From positions 248,001 to 312,000 of the forward strand of contig JAXLNO010000033.1 of the NCBI GenBank assembly GCA_038087875.1: a stretch of 64,000 nt of DNA. Reading direction: 5' to 3'. The notes under the pieces were generated by a model. It had not been told where the DNA came from. It ran no database searches and worked only from the letters and a program-made list of their open reading frames with translations. The position numbers and the translations under genes were made by a program. Source of the stretch: Malacoraja senta (lineage: Eukaryota). This document shows, piece by piece, positions 50,221 through 63,020 of the stretch; positions within the stretch are counted from its first letter, which is position 1, and each line of letters starts with the position of its first letter.

Positions 50221-53200
50221 TCGCTGTGCGGATAGAGGTGCAAACAATTATGAGGGGCGTAAATGTAGTAAATACTGGAAACGATCTACAGAGGGTTCTT
50301 GCAGAGCAAGTCCATAGCTCCATGTAAGTGTCAACACAAGCAGATACAGTTATTAAAAAGGTGTGTACTGTGCATGCTTTCATGGGTGGGGACATTGAAT
50401 ACAAGTCAAGTTGTAGCTTTATAAAACTGTGGTCAGGCCGCATTTGGACAATTGCATGTAGTTTTGGTCGCTCCATTACAGGCTGGATATGAAGGCTCAG
50501 GAGAGGGTGCAGCAGAAGTGGTTCAAAGGACTATACCTGAATTCGGGTGTAGGAGAGGTTTGACAAACCTGGACTGATTTCTCTGAAGCATCAAAGGTTG
50601 AAGGGAAAACTTATAGAAGCACAGAATAGTAAGAGAGAAATAGATAGGTTCGACAGTTAGGTTTTGTTTCCTCGCAGGGTGGAAATGTCAAAGAATAAAG
50701 GGCACAGCTTTAAGGTCAGAGGGTGCTATTTTAAAGGAAATGTGCAGGGCAACTTTTTGTTTGCACAGAGAGCGGTGAGTACCTGGAATGCGTTGACAGA
50801 GATGGCGGTGTCGAGAGATAGTGATGTTTAAGAATGTGTTGATAAACGGAGGGATATGGAAGAATATGGAGGCATACTGATGGATAGGGAGGGAATAGAC
50901 ATAGGGTCTGAGGAGATTACTTTAACGTGGCATCATGTTCGACACAAACATTGTTGGCACACGAGCCCGTCCCTGTTCTATGTTCGATAGACTTTCAAAC
51001 ATGCCAGTTGTATCTAAAACTAGATGATGTGGGGTTAGGGAAAAGTAGTTGGTTTAAAGGGGATCTGAAGAACAATTAATCCCACAGAGACTGATTGTAA
51101 TCTGGAACATACTGTCTGTCCGGATTGTGGAGGCAGAAATTCTCACAATAATTAAGAACTATCTGGACAATCACTTCAAACCCCAGTTTATAGAAGGTTA
51201 CTCGCCAAGTGCTGGTGAATGGGATCAGGGTAGATGGGCATTTGATTTGCCTGCAGAGAGATAGTGGGCCGAAGGGTCTGTTTCTGTCTCCATGACTCTA
51301 TAACTGCGTGACTGACTCCATTTCAGTGCGGGCGATCCACTTTAGGCAGAGTTCATGAAACACCGACGGAACTCAATTGGGTCATTTAATTAATGAATAT
51401 CGAAGATCGGCGTCCATTTAGGTTTACTCCGAAAAGTGTTCCGGATTTAAAGTTATCGGATCAAAATCTGCTAATACTATGCATAAATACAATCAAACCA
51501 AACTCCAGTACAATAGAGAGTGCGAAGGGAAAGGTACAGTGACAATTTATTTCAAGAGGGCTTGTATGCTAAAATAGTAAGATTAAACGAGAAATTACCA
51601 GTTTGAAGTTTGATCTTTATTTTATGAGGAGTTACGGTGAGCGATTACGTGAAGAAGCCCCGCCAGTCCGCATGCGTTTCAACCTTCAAAGCAGCGGTGT
51701 GAAATCACAGATAACAGCAGTCGAAGTAACTTAGTAAGACTTAGAGAAGACTAGAACTACCAGATGATGTTTGCGATTATGAGGGCCGGGAGCGGAGGAC
51801 ACGTAATCGCTCATCGTAATTCCTCATAAAATAAAGATCAAACTTCAAATTGGTAAATTCTCGTTAAATCTTACTATTTTACTTCGGAGTCACGTGAGTG
51901 ATTCCGTGAAGATTTCAAAGCTCTGTTATTTCATGCCGTAGGAAACGAGTTTCCACAACCACTGCTGCTTCACATTGACAGATGAGGGAAACATTCATAA
52001 TGAATAAATAATAGTAACTCCTCTCATTCGGGAGCAACTAACCACTGAACCTAAGTAGAGTTGGCAAATACCCTTGGTCTGGCCATAGGTTATTATGAAT
52101 TTTTCATAAGTTCGTTCGCCCATCCTGCAGTCGCCAGGATGTGGTCTAGCGGACCGTACATAAACCTTGCTGCTGATATTGTAGCAGCCCTGATGGAGTG
52201 AGACTCGAAGATATATCAGTATCAACTCCTGTATGAGCCAAGCCCTGTTTCAATCACCTGGGGATGGTCCAACCCAATACCCTTTTACAAGTTTTTGTAA
52301 TTATCAACATTGCTAGTTCCGAGCCTCTAAGCTCTTCGTGAACTTGACGCATTGTTATATATGTGTGACCATAACCGAAGGTTCATGAGGAATGTCATGA
52401 AACTAGTTTGAGATTTCATGTCTACTCTGCTGAACCAAACATTAAAACATAATATAATTTGCAGATGTAATCATCCTATCCAGTCACAATATGTAGTGAC
52501 TGAACCCGTTGGCTGACCAGCGCCATGAGGATAACTACCTTATGAGAGCCGAGCCAACTAAGGATGTAGCTCGAGCCCCCTGGTGAAAATAGTGTTAATA
52601 CCACATCAATATCACATACTGCTCTGTGCTTGTCCTGGGAGAACATGTGAAAAATATTCTTTATAAGTCGATATTAGGGGGTGGAACCCGCCAGAGTGGG
52701 TCCCTATTGCTGCAGTAAATAAGATGGGAAAGCACGTTGGGCACAGTTAATGGTCCTACAAACTTAATTTTGTCAAAGACCCATTTGAAACGAACTCCAA
52801 TCTGTCAATTATCTGTGCCGTATTAGATGTAACTTAAATATTTAAACAACACTTCCCATTTCCTGAAGAGAAAATGTAATGCTTTCCTTTCTTGGTGCTA
52901 TCCCTGCATTTGCAGCGAGCACATACATGAATTGGACTGACAATCCGAGTCGCAGGAACGGTCCACTTAGAATCTATAAGTGAATAATAGATTTATCATG
53001 CAGAGGCTGGTTTCCCGATCCATAGGCTAAACCAGCAGATTTTATGTTAAGAATAACCGTAAAAGGTTGTATTCTTATTCACGCCAAATCGTGAAGCATA
53101 GCTGCATAGGTCATTCAGACAGAACGCCAACCTAGAGCGGGATCTTGCTGACTTTATTGCAAGACCCGACTAATGAAGCAAAATGAAGGGAGACAAACAT

Positions 53201-53936
53201 AACTTTTTTCTCCTTGTAGCGAGAGTGTATTTTTTGCCACTGTTATGCCACATATTTTTGCAACCGGTAAATGAGCCTTGAAACAAACATATCAATTCGG
53301 TATTCCATCGGGCCAAAATTTCATTAAATGCTTTGTGATCTAACACCCATTTTGTGTTGTCGTTGATTATACGTGATGATATTCCAACGTAAATTAGGTA
53401 AATTATTAGAGAATATTCTGTCTTCATTGCACCCATGTGACTAACATACGCCTCCATCATGGTGTATCAACTTAACGTTTAGCATGCAGATTATGCATAT
53501 TCATTCAATAACCCTTTAACCTATAGAATGCACCTAGTGTCTTTTGGTAGTTTATATAGTTTGTATACATTATGAAATTTTATAGTTTATACGAATTGAT
53601 GCAAATCTCCTCCGCCTCTGAACTAGATGGCATTCATAATTGTCCACCTTAGAGCCCCATCAGTTATAATATAACTGAAATTTTACTGACCAGATTACTG
53701 GAGCAACGCTGAATACTGTTCGTCTGCCATAATGACCTTGGTAGTTTCAGCTGGTAATAGCATAAGGTCTGTCACAGGACCTACATGGCATTTGAGATTA
53801 CCACTCTGCACAGCTGAATTACGGCCCCTATGTTTCCAATTATACATAATGAATAGAAGGTTATTTTATCACAACAAGATTGTTCGAGGCACCAATTAAT
53901 TCCAATCTCTTCCCCCAGGGCGGAGTCACAGGCTAA

Positions 53937-56900
53937 TTTTACTTCGGAGTCACGTGAGTGAGTACGTGAAGAACCCCGCCAGTGCGCCTGCGCGTCATTA
54001 CGTTAGACGCCTTGTCGCAAACGGGCGTGAGGAGCAGAGCTCCTCAGTGGATTTGTAGTTTTTTAACTATAAGGTAAGTAAAAACTTTTTTCAGTATTTT
54101 TCATGTCCGTTTACTGTGGGTCTGTGGGGATTTTTTCCACAGACGCCATGTAAAAATCGGGCAGGGGGAAGAGGAGAGCGACACAGCCGACAGAAAGTCG
54201 GGAAAGTCGGGAGTCTGCGGTTAGCGACCAACCGCCTCTAAACCCCGGTACAGTCGCCAGCGGTGAGCGTAGCGACTGTGGACCTGGGGCAGTCAGCGCC
54301 TGTCGGGCGCAAGGCCAAGTTCGAATTGAAACGGGCCACGGAAGAGGAGTCCTAGGAAATGGAAGCTCCAGGGCTAGATACTGCTTTTAAGAGTATTGCC
54401 CAAATGGAAAGCCTGCTACATAGGCTGTTGGAGCAAAGCACACTCAGGTAGGAGTGTACTGAAATCCAAGCTGGTGGAAGCAGCTTAAACAGCTCCTGGT
54501 ACAGGGCTGATAAAATGCACCCTCAGGGATGAGGAGCGTGCCATGGGTCATGAGATTTCAGACCCAGATTCTGACGGTGAGGCTGTACGTGATTTGTCAC
54601 AGTAGCCGTGATGTATGTGATGTACAGATGTTCCACCCCTGGCAGTACGAATCGCTGCCCCGTCAGGGTTGGAAGATGAAGCGAAAACAGGATTGATGAA
54701 AACATCAATGGTTGTAAAGTCTGTAAAGAGGAAGTATCCTTTCAGACGTCATACAGATCCTGGACCAAGTCGCTCATTAACGCAGGGACGTAGCTGGCGG
54801 CCTGCAGCGGGAGCAAGAACCAATGAGGGTGCTTCCGGGAGAATCCAGGGATCTCAGAGTACTCAAATAACTCAAGAGGTAGGTGGACCTGGTTCTCATG
54901 GGAACATACTAACCGGATTAAGTCCAAATGCTGGAGGCAGATTATGTCTCTTCTATAAACAATTGGAAGAAGATTGCTTCAGATGTGGTAATTCTGAATA
55001 GTATACAAGGATTTCGAATTGAATTCAATCCAAATTATGATGTGCCTGTCCAGCATGTTCCTAGCAGAACTCTCCACTTCTTCAGCATGGACTGGAAGGG
55101 CCGAGATGGCCTGTTTTCCTGCTATAATTGTCCTATGGTTTGCACAAAAAGAAGTGATGGAGGTTCAAGCTGCGTTTCAAACCCTATACATAAAAGGTGA
55201 TATTGAAGAATCAGTCTACCAAATTCACCAATTTGTGTCAAATATATTCCCTCAATCAATAAAGGATGGAGGATGTAGGATTAATCTAGACTTGACAAGT
55301 CTGAATCCTTTTGTTTAATTTAAACATTTTAAAAGGAAGACATTTGTGACTGCCAAACAACTTATTTCAGAAGCATGTCATATGGCAACTATAGATGGAT
55401 AAACCAGTTATGGCAGTTCAAAGCTTTGCCTAATGGGTTAACGTCCGCACCCAGAATATTCACAAAATTATTAAAAGCAATTCTGGGGTTGCTAAGAAGC
55501 CAGGGGCATGTACTAATGACATATTTGGATGATGTCCTGATTATAGGAAGGACAAAACAGTCAACAGAAGCATCTGTGGCAGTTGTGAAATCAACTTTTG
55601 AAAGTTTGGGGTTTCTAATTCATCCAAAGAAATCAAGGTTAACACCATGTACCTCGATTGATTATTTGGGGTTCACAATTGATTCAGTCCAAATGAAAAT
55701 TACTTTGCCCAGTGAAAAAATGGTGGAGTTGGTTAAAGATTGCAGTAATCTGGTAAACGAGCAAAAACCCTCAATCAGGCAGGTGGCTCGAGTACTGGGA
55801 AAATTAGTAGCAGCATTCCCAGCAGTCCAATTCGGACCATTACATTATCAACAGCTGCAGAGAGTTAAAGAACAGGCACTGAGAATGCATGTTGGTCATT
55901 TTGATAGAACCATGCAACTAACAACAAATGCTGTTTCTGATCTGCAGTGGTGGATTCTACATGTCTCATGCAGTTCCAGCAAATTGCTGATTGAACAAAC
56001 CTTCCATGATGTTACAAACTGATGCTAGTACAGTAGGATGGGGTGTAACTGACTTAGCATCTAGCTGCGGAGGCAGATGGAATCAGGAAGAGTCATTGTT
56101 ACTGCAGATATGGGGACTTAACTATTTGGAGTTTTAGGATGTTTCTATGGACACCAAGGTTATTGTTCTAACACAACTAAAAGGCATGTTCAAGTTCAAA
56201 TTGATAAACACAACAGCAATTGCCTATATTAATGATGTGGATGTAATCAAGTCGGGGTCATGTGTCAAAATGGCTAATCAACTTTGGACTGGGTGTATTG
56301 AAAAGAACATTTGGATTTCAGCTATTTATCTACCAGGTAGAATCAACACGATAGCAAACCACCGAAACCTAGGTACATGACAATCTGGGATGTAAGTGTG
56401 GTACTGAAAACTACTTGTTGAATGGTCACCAAGTGTGTCTTTACCTTTGGCCAAGCTCAGTATGAAAGTATTCATGCTTATGGCGTGAGTGACAGCACAA
56501 CGAGTGCAAACACTTGGAAAATTACAAATAGACAGTATGGAAGTAACTGAAGACAAGGTTACATTCTATATCTATGACCTATTAAAGCAAATTAGGCCAG
56601 GTGTGACAGGATTTAAAATTATGCTAGCAGCATATCCAAATGATCCTTGTCTCTGTGTTAAGACATATTTGTTACAATACATTGAGGTCACAAATAATTT
56701 AATAAATACGGAAACTGGGTTGTTGATCACACGCAAGAAACTACACAAGAGAGTTTCAATACAGACTATTTCCAGATGGATAAAATAAGTCTTGACAGCT
56801 GCTGGTATTAACACTTATGTTTTTATGTCTCACTCGCTGAGGGCAGCAGAAACGTCGGCGGCCAGGGCAAAAGACGTCCCCGTCGACCATATCCTCGCAG

Positions 56901-57512
56901 CCGCCGGGTGGTCCAATGAGTTGATGTTTCAACATTTTTACCATCGATCTATTGTTAATGCGGGATTGTTTGCAGAAACTATTTTAAGTTCTGTGTAAAT
57001 TCCTGTGGTTTAAAGGGGATCTGATTAATTTCATTATTTAAATGAATTACTGCATTTGTGGTACAAATGTTATTATGAATGCATGATTGATTATTCTCGT
57101 TCCGAGTCAATCTATGCAGTGAGAAGCCGGGATTGATCTACGGCATGAAATCACAAAGCTTTAAAATCTTCACGTAGTCACTCACGTGACTCCGAAGTAA
57201 AATAGTAAGATTAAACGAGAACTTACCTAAGTTTGAAGTTTGATCTTTATTTTATGAGGAGTTACGTAGGTGATTACGTGCCCACCACGACCCTACCCTC
57301 TATCATAAAGGTCAGATGGAAGTTCTTGTATTACTCGTTTTATTATGAGACTATATTACTTCGGTTGTTGTTTTTTGTGATTTCACCCCGCTGCTTTGAA
57401 TATTGACGCGCAGGCGCACTGGCGGGGTTCTTCGCGTAATCACCTACGTAACTCCTCATAAAATAAAGATCAAACTTCAAACTTAGGTAAGTTCTCGTTT
57501 AATCTTACTATT
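53937..57512 (+). mobile_element. DIRS1-type retrotransposon (element A, internally deleted) nested in element B
   Basis: Left ITR TTTTACTTCGGAGTCACGTGAGTGA...; RT QFKALPNGLTSAPRIFTK..YLDD (55375-56022); RNase H TDAS..GWG at ~56018-56045; YR HSLRAA...HILAAAGWS...FYHR (56792-56998); ICR at ~57165-57281; right ITR at ~57403-57510. Confidence 0.92.
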
Positions 57513-58643
57513 AAAGGTTAAAAGTAATCCCAATAATGAATACATCTAATTGGTATAACCTTCAATTTCTTGACATAGTTTGAGGCTGAAACAGTTGTTT
57601 TGAACCACATACAGCGTTAGAATATCCTCCAGACATAACAAATGTTTTTGAGCTCTGAGCAGTCCAAGCATTGGTTTCAGTAAAGTGGTAAATAACCTGG
57701 GAACTGAAGGTAACCTATTTTGCAAGGTTTATTATTGCTTTATCTAGATAATTTTCAAAATGTCTCCGATGATCTCTGTAAATGGGAGCATGTTAAGGAA
57801 ATCAGATGCGAAGTAAACGACATTCTGCATCTTTTCCACAATGGACAGGACACGCCTGTGAATTCCGTACCTGGTCGAGCTACAACTCTGGCCCGTTTTC
57901 CGAGCTAGTGCCGAAAGCCATTCCTGACCATAATACTGAGCCTGCCCTGAAAAACAACTCTGGACAATTTCTGTTCTTGGAACTTTAGCTTTGTGCAGCT
58001 TTACATGATTAGATCTCATCCATTTGTGTGTTGTAAGGCCACTCGGACCCCTTTTATCCTTATCAATGGAAAATGCTATTTTCGTACAACAAATAACCCA
58101 AACACATGTTATCATTATGATTAGTAGCAACAAGTGTAATTATTGCCAACTTGCAGATGGTCCCATATTTTCCCTGAGCCCGATTTGGGTCTCGGATTTT
58201 AAGACCTCTGTTCAACTTTCATGCTGCCACCAACTTCATTGAACTGTTTACTGTCAACGAAGGCGTGGGATGTGTTGTTGCCGCAACGATGAAGCTTTGC
58301 TCTTTAATGGTACCTCAATTGGTCCGACAATTTTGCTCCTTTATCCAGGTTTTTACCTTAAGAGAAAGTTTAGCGGCTTATTTTAATGTCACCCCTGAAG
58401 CGTTTTTATTCACGTCATTTATAGCATGAGGGGAAATCTAGCCCCTTCCGGATATTTTCCACTTTCGTTTGCGAGGATTCCCTTGCGTGCATACGCATTT
58501 ATTCCAGTACGTTCCACAGACATGTTTTAGAATTTTTTGAAGTTGGTTACACTGACCACTGGTACTCTCTTTCATAGAGAGAGGATTTTTGGACAGCCAT
58601 GACCAGGTGCTGCAACCAGAGTTTCCTGAAGATACCTTCTAAT

Positions 58644-59176
58644 ATAAAGCTCCCTTACTGGAGCATATCCTGCTGGAGCTGTGCTCAACAGCCTTACCTG
58701 GCTTTATGCCTTGGGTTATGCTTTCCAATACCGCCAACCTCAGAGTGAACCTCTACCTCAGGACATAAAGCTCTTTTGCTGGAGGATATTATGCTGGAGC
58801 TGTGCTCAAACAGCCTTGCTTGGCTTTATGCCTTGGGGTATGCTTTCCAATACCTCCACTCAGGATATGAAGCCCTTTTTACCGAGGGCATATCATGCTG
58901 GAGCTGCGCTCAAACAGCCGTTTTTGGCTTTATGCCTTGGGGTATGATTTTCCAATACCTCTATTCTCAGGATATATAAAGCTCCTTAGCTGGAGCATGT
59001 TATGCTGTAGCTGTGCTCAAACAGCCTTTCTTGGCTTTATGCCGGGGTATGGTTTCCAATACTTCCAATCTCAGAATATAAACCTCCTTGCTGGAGCAAA
59101 TCATGCTGGAGCTGCGCTCAAACAGCTTTCTTGGCTTTGTGCCTTGGTGTATGCTTTCGAATACCTCCAACCTCAG
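58644..59176. repeat. Minisatellite, five diverged ~103-bp units inside DIRS element B
   Basis: Unit ATAAAGCTC..TGCTGGAGCATAT.ATGCTGGAGCTG.GCTCAAACAGCC...TGGCTTTATGCCTTGGGGTATGCTTTCCAATACCTCCA.CTCAG starts at ~58644, 58764, 58868, 58976 and 59078. Confidence 0.88.
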
Positions 59177-59942
59177 TGACAGAACAAAACAGCCCTGGTA
59201 GGCTCAACGTCCTTCATGAGGGAGACATAAGGCAGCCCGTCTACAGGTGCTGCTGCCGTGGTCCCCCAAGAGGACCCGTGGATATAAAGCTCCTGTTCCT
59301 GGAGCTGATATTCTCTATACAGCCCTTACCTGAAGCTGCTGCCACTGCTCTTGGGGTGACCTCTTGGGTATGAAGCTCCTCCTGGAGCCTGTCGTGATGG
59401 AGCATCTCTTCTATCAGGTGCTCCATCTTACCAGACGTCCACAGACGCCGTTTTTATTGGGAGGTGTATCCTCCTGGCCCGATTCACGGGTTTGTTTTTG
59501 AGTGGCTCTCCCCCCCCCCCCACCGGATTAGCCACGGTGCAGTCGGCACCTTAATACCGTGAGGACATTCCCCTCCACGGGAACCTCCGCGGTCTGGAAG
59601 TCGCTGAGTGCCTTGTCAGCGGCAGGAGTAACGCACCGACGTCCGCCGGCTCCCGCGTTTGCGGTTTGGACTTGAGTGTTTCCACAGCCTAATGCCGGTT
59701 TCCCCGCGGCTCGACCGGACTGCGCTACTATAGTCAACAGGGACCTCTGTAAGAGGAGTTTCCTGCAGGAAAAACACAACCTGGTAATTATTGAAACGTA
59801 CCTGCAGGTTTTTTACTTTTACCGCTGGCAGGAATGAGTTTGCCTGCCAGACCGGTGCCTCGCCAGTGCGGATGACGTAATGAAACGCATGCGGACTGGC
59901 GGGGCTTCTTCACGGAATCGCTCACGTGACTCCGAAGTAAAA

Positions 59943-60520
59943 CAGGGATGTAATGCTGATGCTCTTTCAGGCGCTGGTTAGGCCGTATTTAGATCATTGT
60001 GAACAATATTGAGCACCATATCGGAGGAAGAGTGTGCTGGCTCTGGAGAGGGTCCAGGAGGCGTTGATAAGAATGATCTCAGGAATGAGTAGATTAACTT
60101 ATGATGAACGTTTATCGGCACTGGGCCAGCACTCGCTCGAGTTTAGAGGAATGAGGGGTGGGGCCTTATTGAAACATACATAATAGTGAGTAGATGTGTA
60201 GAGGATGTTTCCACTAGTGGGAGCGACGAAGACGAGAGTCCGAGTTAAAGGACGTTATATTAGTAAGGAGATTAGGAGGAATTTAGTTAGTCAGATGGTG
60301 ATGAATCTGTGCCACAGAAGATTGTGGAGGTCGTTATTGGATATATTTAAGGCAGAGGCAGATAGATTCTTGATTAGTACGGGTGTCAGATGTTATGGGA
60401 AGAAGGCAGGAGAATGGTGTTATGAGTGAGAAATAAATCAGCCATGATTGAATGGCGGAGTAGAATTTATGGGCCGAATGGCCTAATTCTGCTCCTATCA
60501 CTTATGATCGTATGATCTTA
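59943..60520 (+). mobile_element. CR1 LINE 3' fragment (continuation of 51545-51574)
   Basis: TTTCAAGAGGGCTTGTATGCTAAAA | CAGGGATGTAATGCTG restores the CR1 sequence once DIRS B is removed. Confidence 0.82.
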
Positions 60521-60884
60521 CAATTTTAAGAAGAAAGAGGCAATCTAGATGCACGAGAGAGAAAGGGTGCTAATATCCCTGATTCTGCGAATCTATTACG
60601 ATACTTCAGAACTTTATTCGTCCCCGGAGGTAAATAGATGTGCCAACAATCATAACGCCCAACAAGGAACACAAAAACTTGAAAATAAAATTGAATTAAA
60701 AGTGAAAAGCGACATGTCCATAGGTTCTTGCACGGTCCTCGCATGAGTCTGCAAAAATAGATCCGCAAATCCAGGACTATTTTTTCCATAACAACTGGAG
60801 AATTCTGGCATATTAGGAAATGTGTGTTTCTAATTAAAATGTTATCCCTTGCTTCATTTCGGCGGGAAATATTGCGCACTAACT

Positions 60885-61015
60885 TAATTAGTCCCAATTG
60901 GCATCTGGCCAATTGTGCCTGTTTAAAAGACTGCCACTAGTCCCAATAATTTTACCTTGCGTGACTAGATTTCTCCCGAGTATAAACTGTGACAGCATTG
61001 ACTGGAAAGGCTAGT
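60885..61015 (+). promoter_or_regulatory. Putative promoter of GPCR gene 4
   Basis: TATAAA at 60981-60986 preceded by GATTTCTCCCGAG; TAATTAG at 60885-60891; paralogous to 36591-36746. Confidence 0.55.
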
Positions 61016-61085
61016 ATGAAACAGCCGGTAATAATTCAGCTAGAAAACATTTACTATCCGATCCTTGCCATCATCGGCGTTCCTG
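61016..61085 (+). CDS. gpr139-like: GPR139-like GPCR gene 4, coding exon 1 (MKQPVIIQLENIYYPILAIIGVP); exon 2 presumably beyond the window
   Basis: Intact ATG, 70 nt, GTAAG donor; close paralogue of 36747-36816. Confidence 0.85.
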
Positions 61086-61234
61086 GTAAGCCGTTTATTA
61101 TCATATGTTAATCTTTTCGTTGTGTAGTACTGTGTTGTTAAGTGGAAGTGTATTCTTAATTGTCTGTTTGATTTAGTATTGGCAGCCAAATACTAATCGA
61201 CATGTAATGAGCGAAAATAGCGTACATCGTGTTT

Positions 61235-61520
61235 CTTTTGGAGGTACAGCGCGGAAATATACCCTCGGGCCCACCGAGTACGCGCCGACAAACGATCACC
61301 CGTACGCGCGTTTTGTCCTAAATATCAGGGATAATTTACAGAAGTTAATTTACTTACCAACCCGCAGGTCTTTGGAATGTGGGAAGAAACCGGAGGACCG
61401 GAAGGGAACCCACAGTCACAGGGAGAAGGAATAACCTCCAAACCGAGAGCACCCGAGTTCATGTATGAACCCGAGTTTCAGGAGCCGCGAGACGGCATCT
61501 CTGCCAACTGCGCTACCTTA
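61235..61520 (-). mobile_element. V-SINE (HE1-like), apparently a recombinant copy at an inversion breakpoint
   Basis: The tail side matches 36955-37100; the head side and flank match the reverse complement of 39760-39860. Confidence 0.7.
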
Positions 61521-62467
61521 GTCTAGAAACCAGTGCGACTAACAATTTAAACCTCCCATTACAACTTCCTGATCTCCGAATGTGTTCATTGCTTCTCGCT
61601 CTAAGTCTGTGTCTGTATCTCAGTGTCTCCAAGGCGAAGTAACGACAGGCGGCAAAGCGGGAAATCAGATAGAAACTTAATTACTTGTTCCAATAGCTCG
61701 TTCTAAATTCCGCCCTACATTCATCGTGGGAAACACAGATTAGAGGGCACCGATTTACAACGAAAGGGTCAACGTCTGATAAAATATCATTAGTTTGAAG
61801 AAGTGTCCATACCCGAAATCGTCTCTCAATTTCCCTCCGCATGAAATGCCTGCCTGTTGAGTCCATCCAGCACTTTGCACTTCGCTCTGCAGTCCCGTAC
61901 TTCGATCTGCAGTCTCTCCTGTCTCCTAGAATAATTAGGGTCCCGGGTTTGTTCAGGAAGGAACAGCAGATGCCGGCTTCCACCGGTGAAAAAGACAAAA
62001 TGCTGTATCAACAGATGCAGAGGCAGCATCCCTGGATAGAAGGATGGATGACACTTCGGATCGAGCCCATTCCTCAGGCTCTGCATCTTGTTCAGTCCAA
62101 GGAAGGGTCTTGACCCGAGGCATCACCGATTCCTTCTATCCAGGGATGCTGCCTGTCCCGCTGAGTTGCTCCAGCTTTTTGTGTCTATCCCAGGTCTGTT
62201 CACATAGCTCTTCGAATAAGTGAACGGGCGGAACACTTAATAAGTCAGGGAATCTGCGGACAGAACCAATTCAGTGAGCGAGCGACAATCCCCGTGAATT
62301 AGTCGTGGTTAGCCGGATATTTTTTTAGCGGTTCGGCGGGAGATCTTTGGCAGTAAGACAATACAATGACTTTACCCTTCCACGTTCCACCGCAGCCTTC
62401 AAGAACCCCATGAATGTCCAATGTCCAATTTCGCCAATCTATTTCCATTGACTCAATGGGCATAGAT

Positions 62468-62698
62468 CAACAGCCAAAAATCCGTAGCCTCCCTTTGATC
62501 TTGTATTTTGTTGGTTCACATGCTTGATCAATGGTGTTTTATCATAAATGTTTTATTATTATTAATTTTTATTGTTTTCTGAGTCATTCGTAACTGTCAC
62601 TGTATGTCATGTTGTTAGTTGTGGGCGGAGCACCAAGGCAAATTCCTTGTATGTGAATACTTGGCCAATAAACTTACTTAATTACTTACTTACTTACT
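62468..62698 (+). mobile_element. Rex1 3'UTR fragment with (TTAC)n tail
   Basis: Nearly identical to the reverse complement of 11798-12045; absent from the paralogous intron at ~37760. Confidence 0.85.
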
Positions 62699-62757
62699 CT
62701 TCGGAAAGACGCATGACCTCCCATTTCAGCCTAAAACTCGCGCTCCAATTTACCGAG

Positions 62758-63020
62758 GCTTAGTTTAGACATAAGCACAGAAACAGGCCGTTCGGCCCAC
62801 CGAGTCCGCGCCGACCAGTGATCACACCGTACACAAGCGCTATACTACCCACTAGGGACACATTGCAATCTTTACCGAAGCCAAATTAACTTGCAAATCG
62901 CAAGTTTTTGGTGTGTGGGAGGAGATCGGAGCTCCCGGAGAAAACTCACGCAGGTCACGGGGAGAAAGTACAAACAGGCAGAACCGGTTGTCAGGATATA
63001 ACCCGGTTCCCTGGCTGCCG
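62758..63020 (-). mobile_element. V-SINE (HE1-like)
   Basis: SINE consensus; inverted counterpart of 37274-37705. Confidence 0.75.

Larger units (their letters stand above)
51575..59942 (-). mobile_element. DIRS1-type tyrosine-recombinase retrotransposon (element B, degenerate), host of nested element A
   Basis: Right ITR at ~51575-51682, internal complementary region at ~51800-51912, left ITR at ~59880-59942. Minus-strand relics: YR (SHSIRAATISAA...DHILATAGW, ~52100-52270), Dam-like methylase (DMFVSRL...CFISRVLQ, ~53150-53300), RT (LPSVPRLFTTLLKPMLGLLRAQ, ~57620-57725). It splits a CR1 at an AAAA run. Confidence 0.88.

Noticed and set aside
58644..59176. CRISPR-like array
   Set aside because: Units are homologous along their whole length with no unique spacers, there are no cas genes, and the context is eukaryotic.
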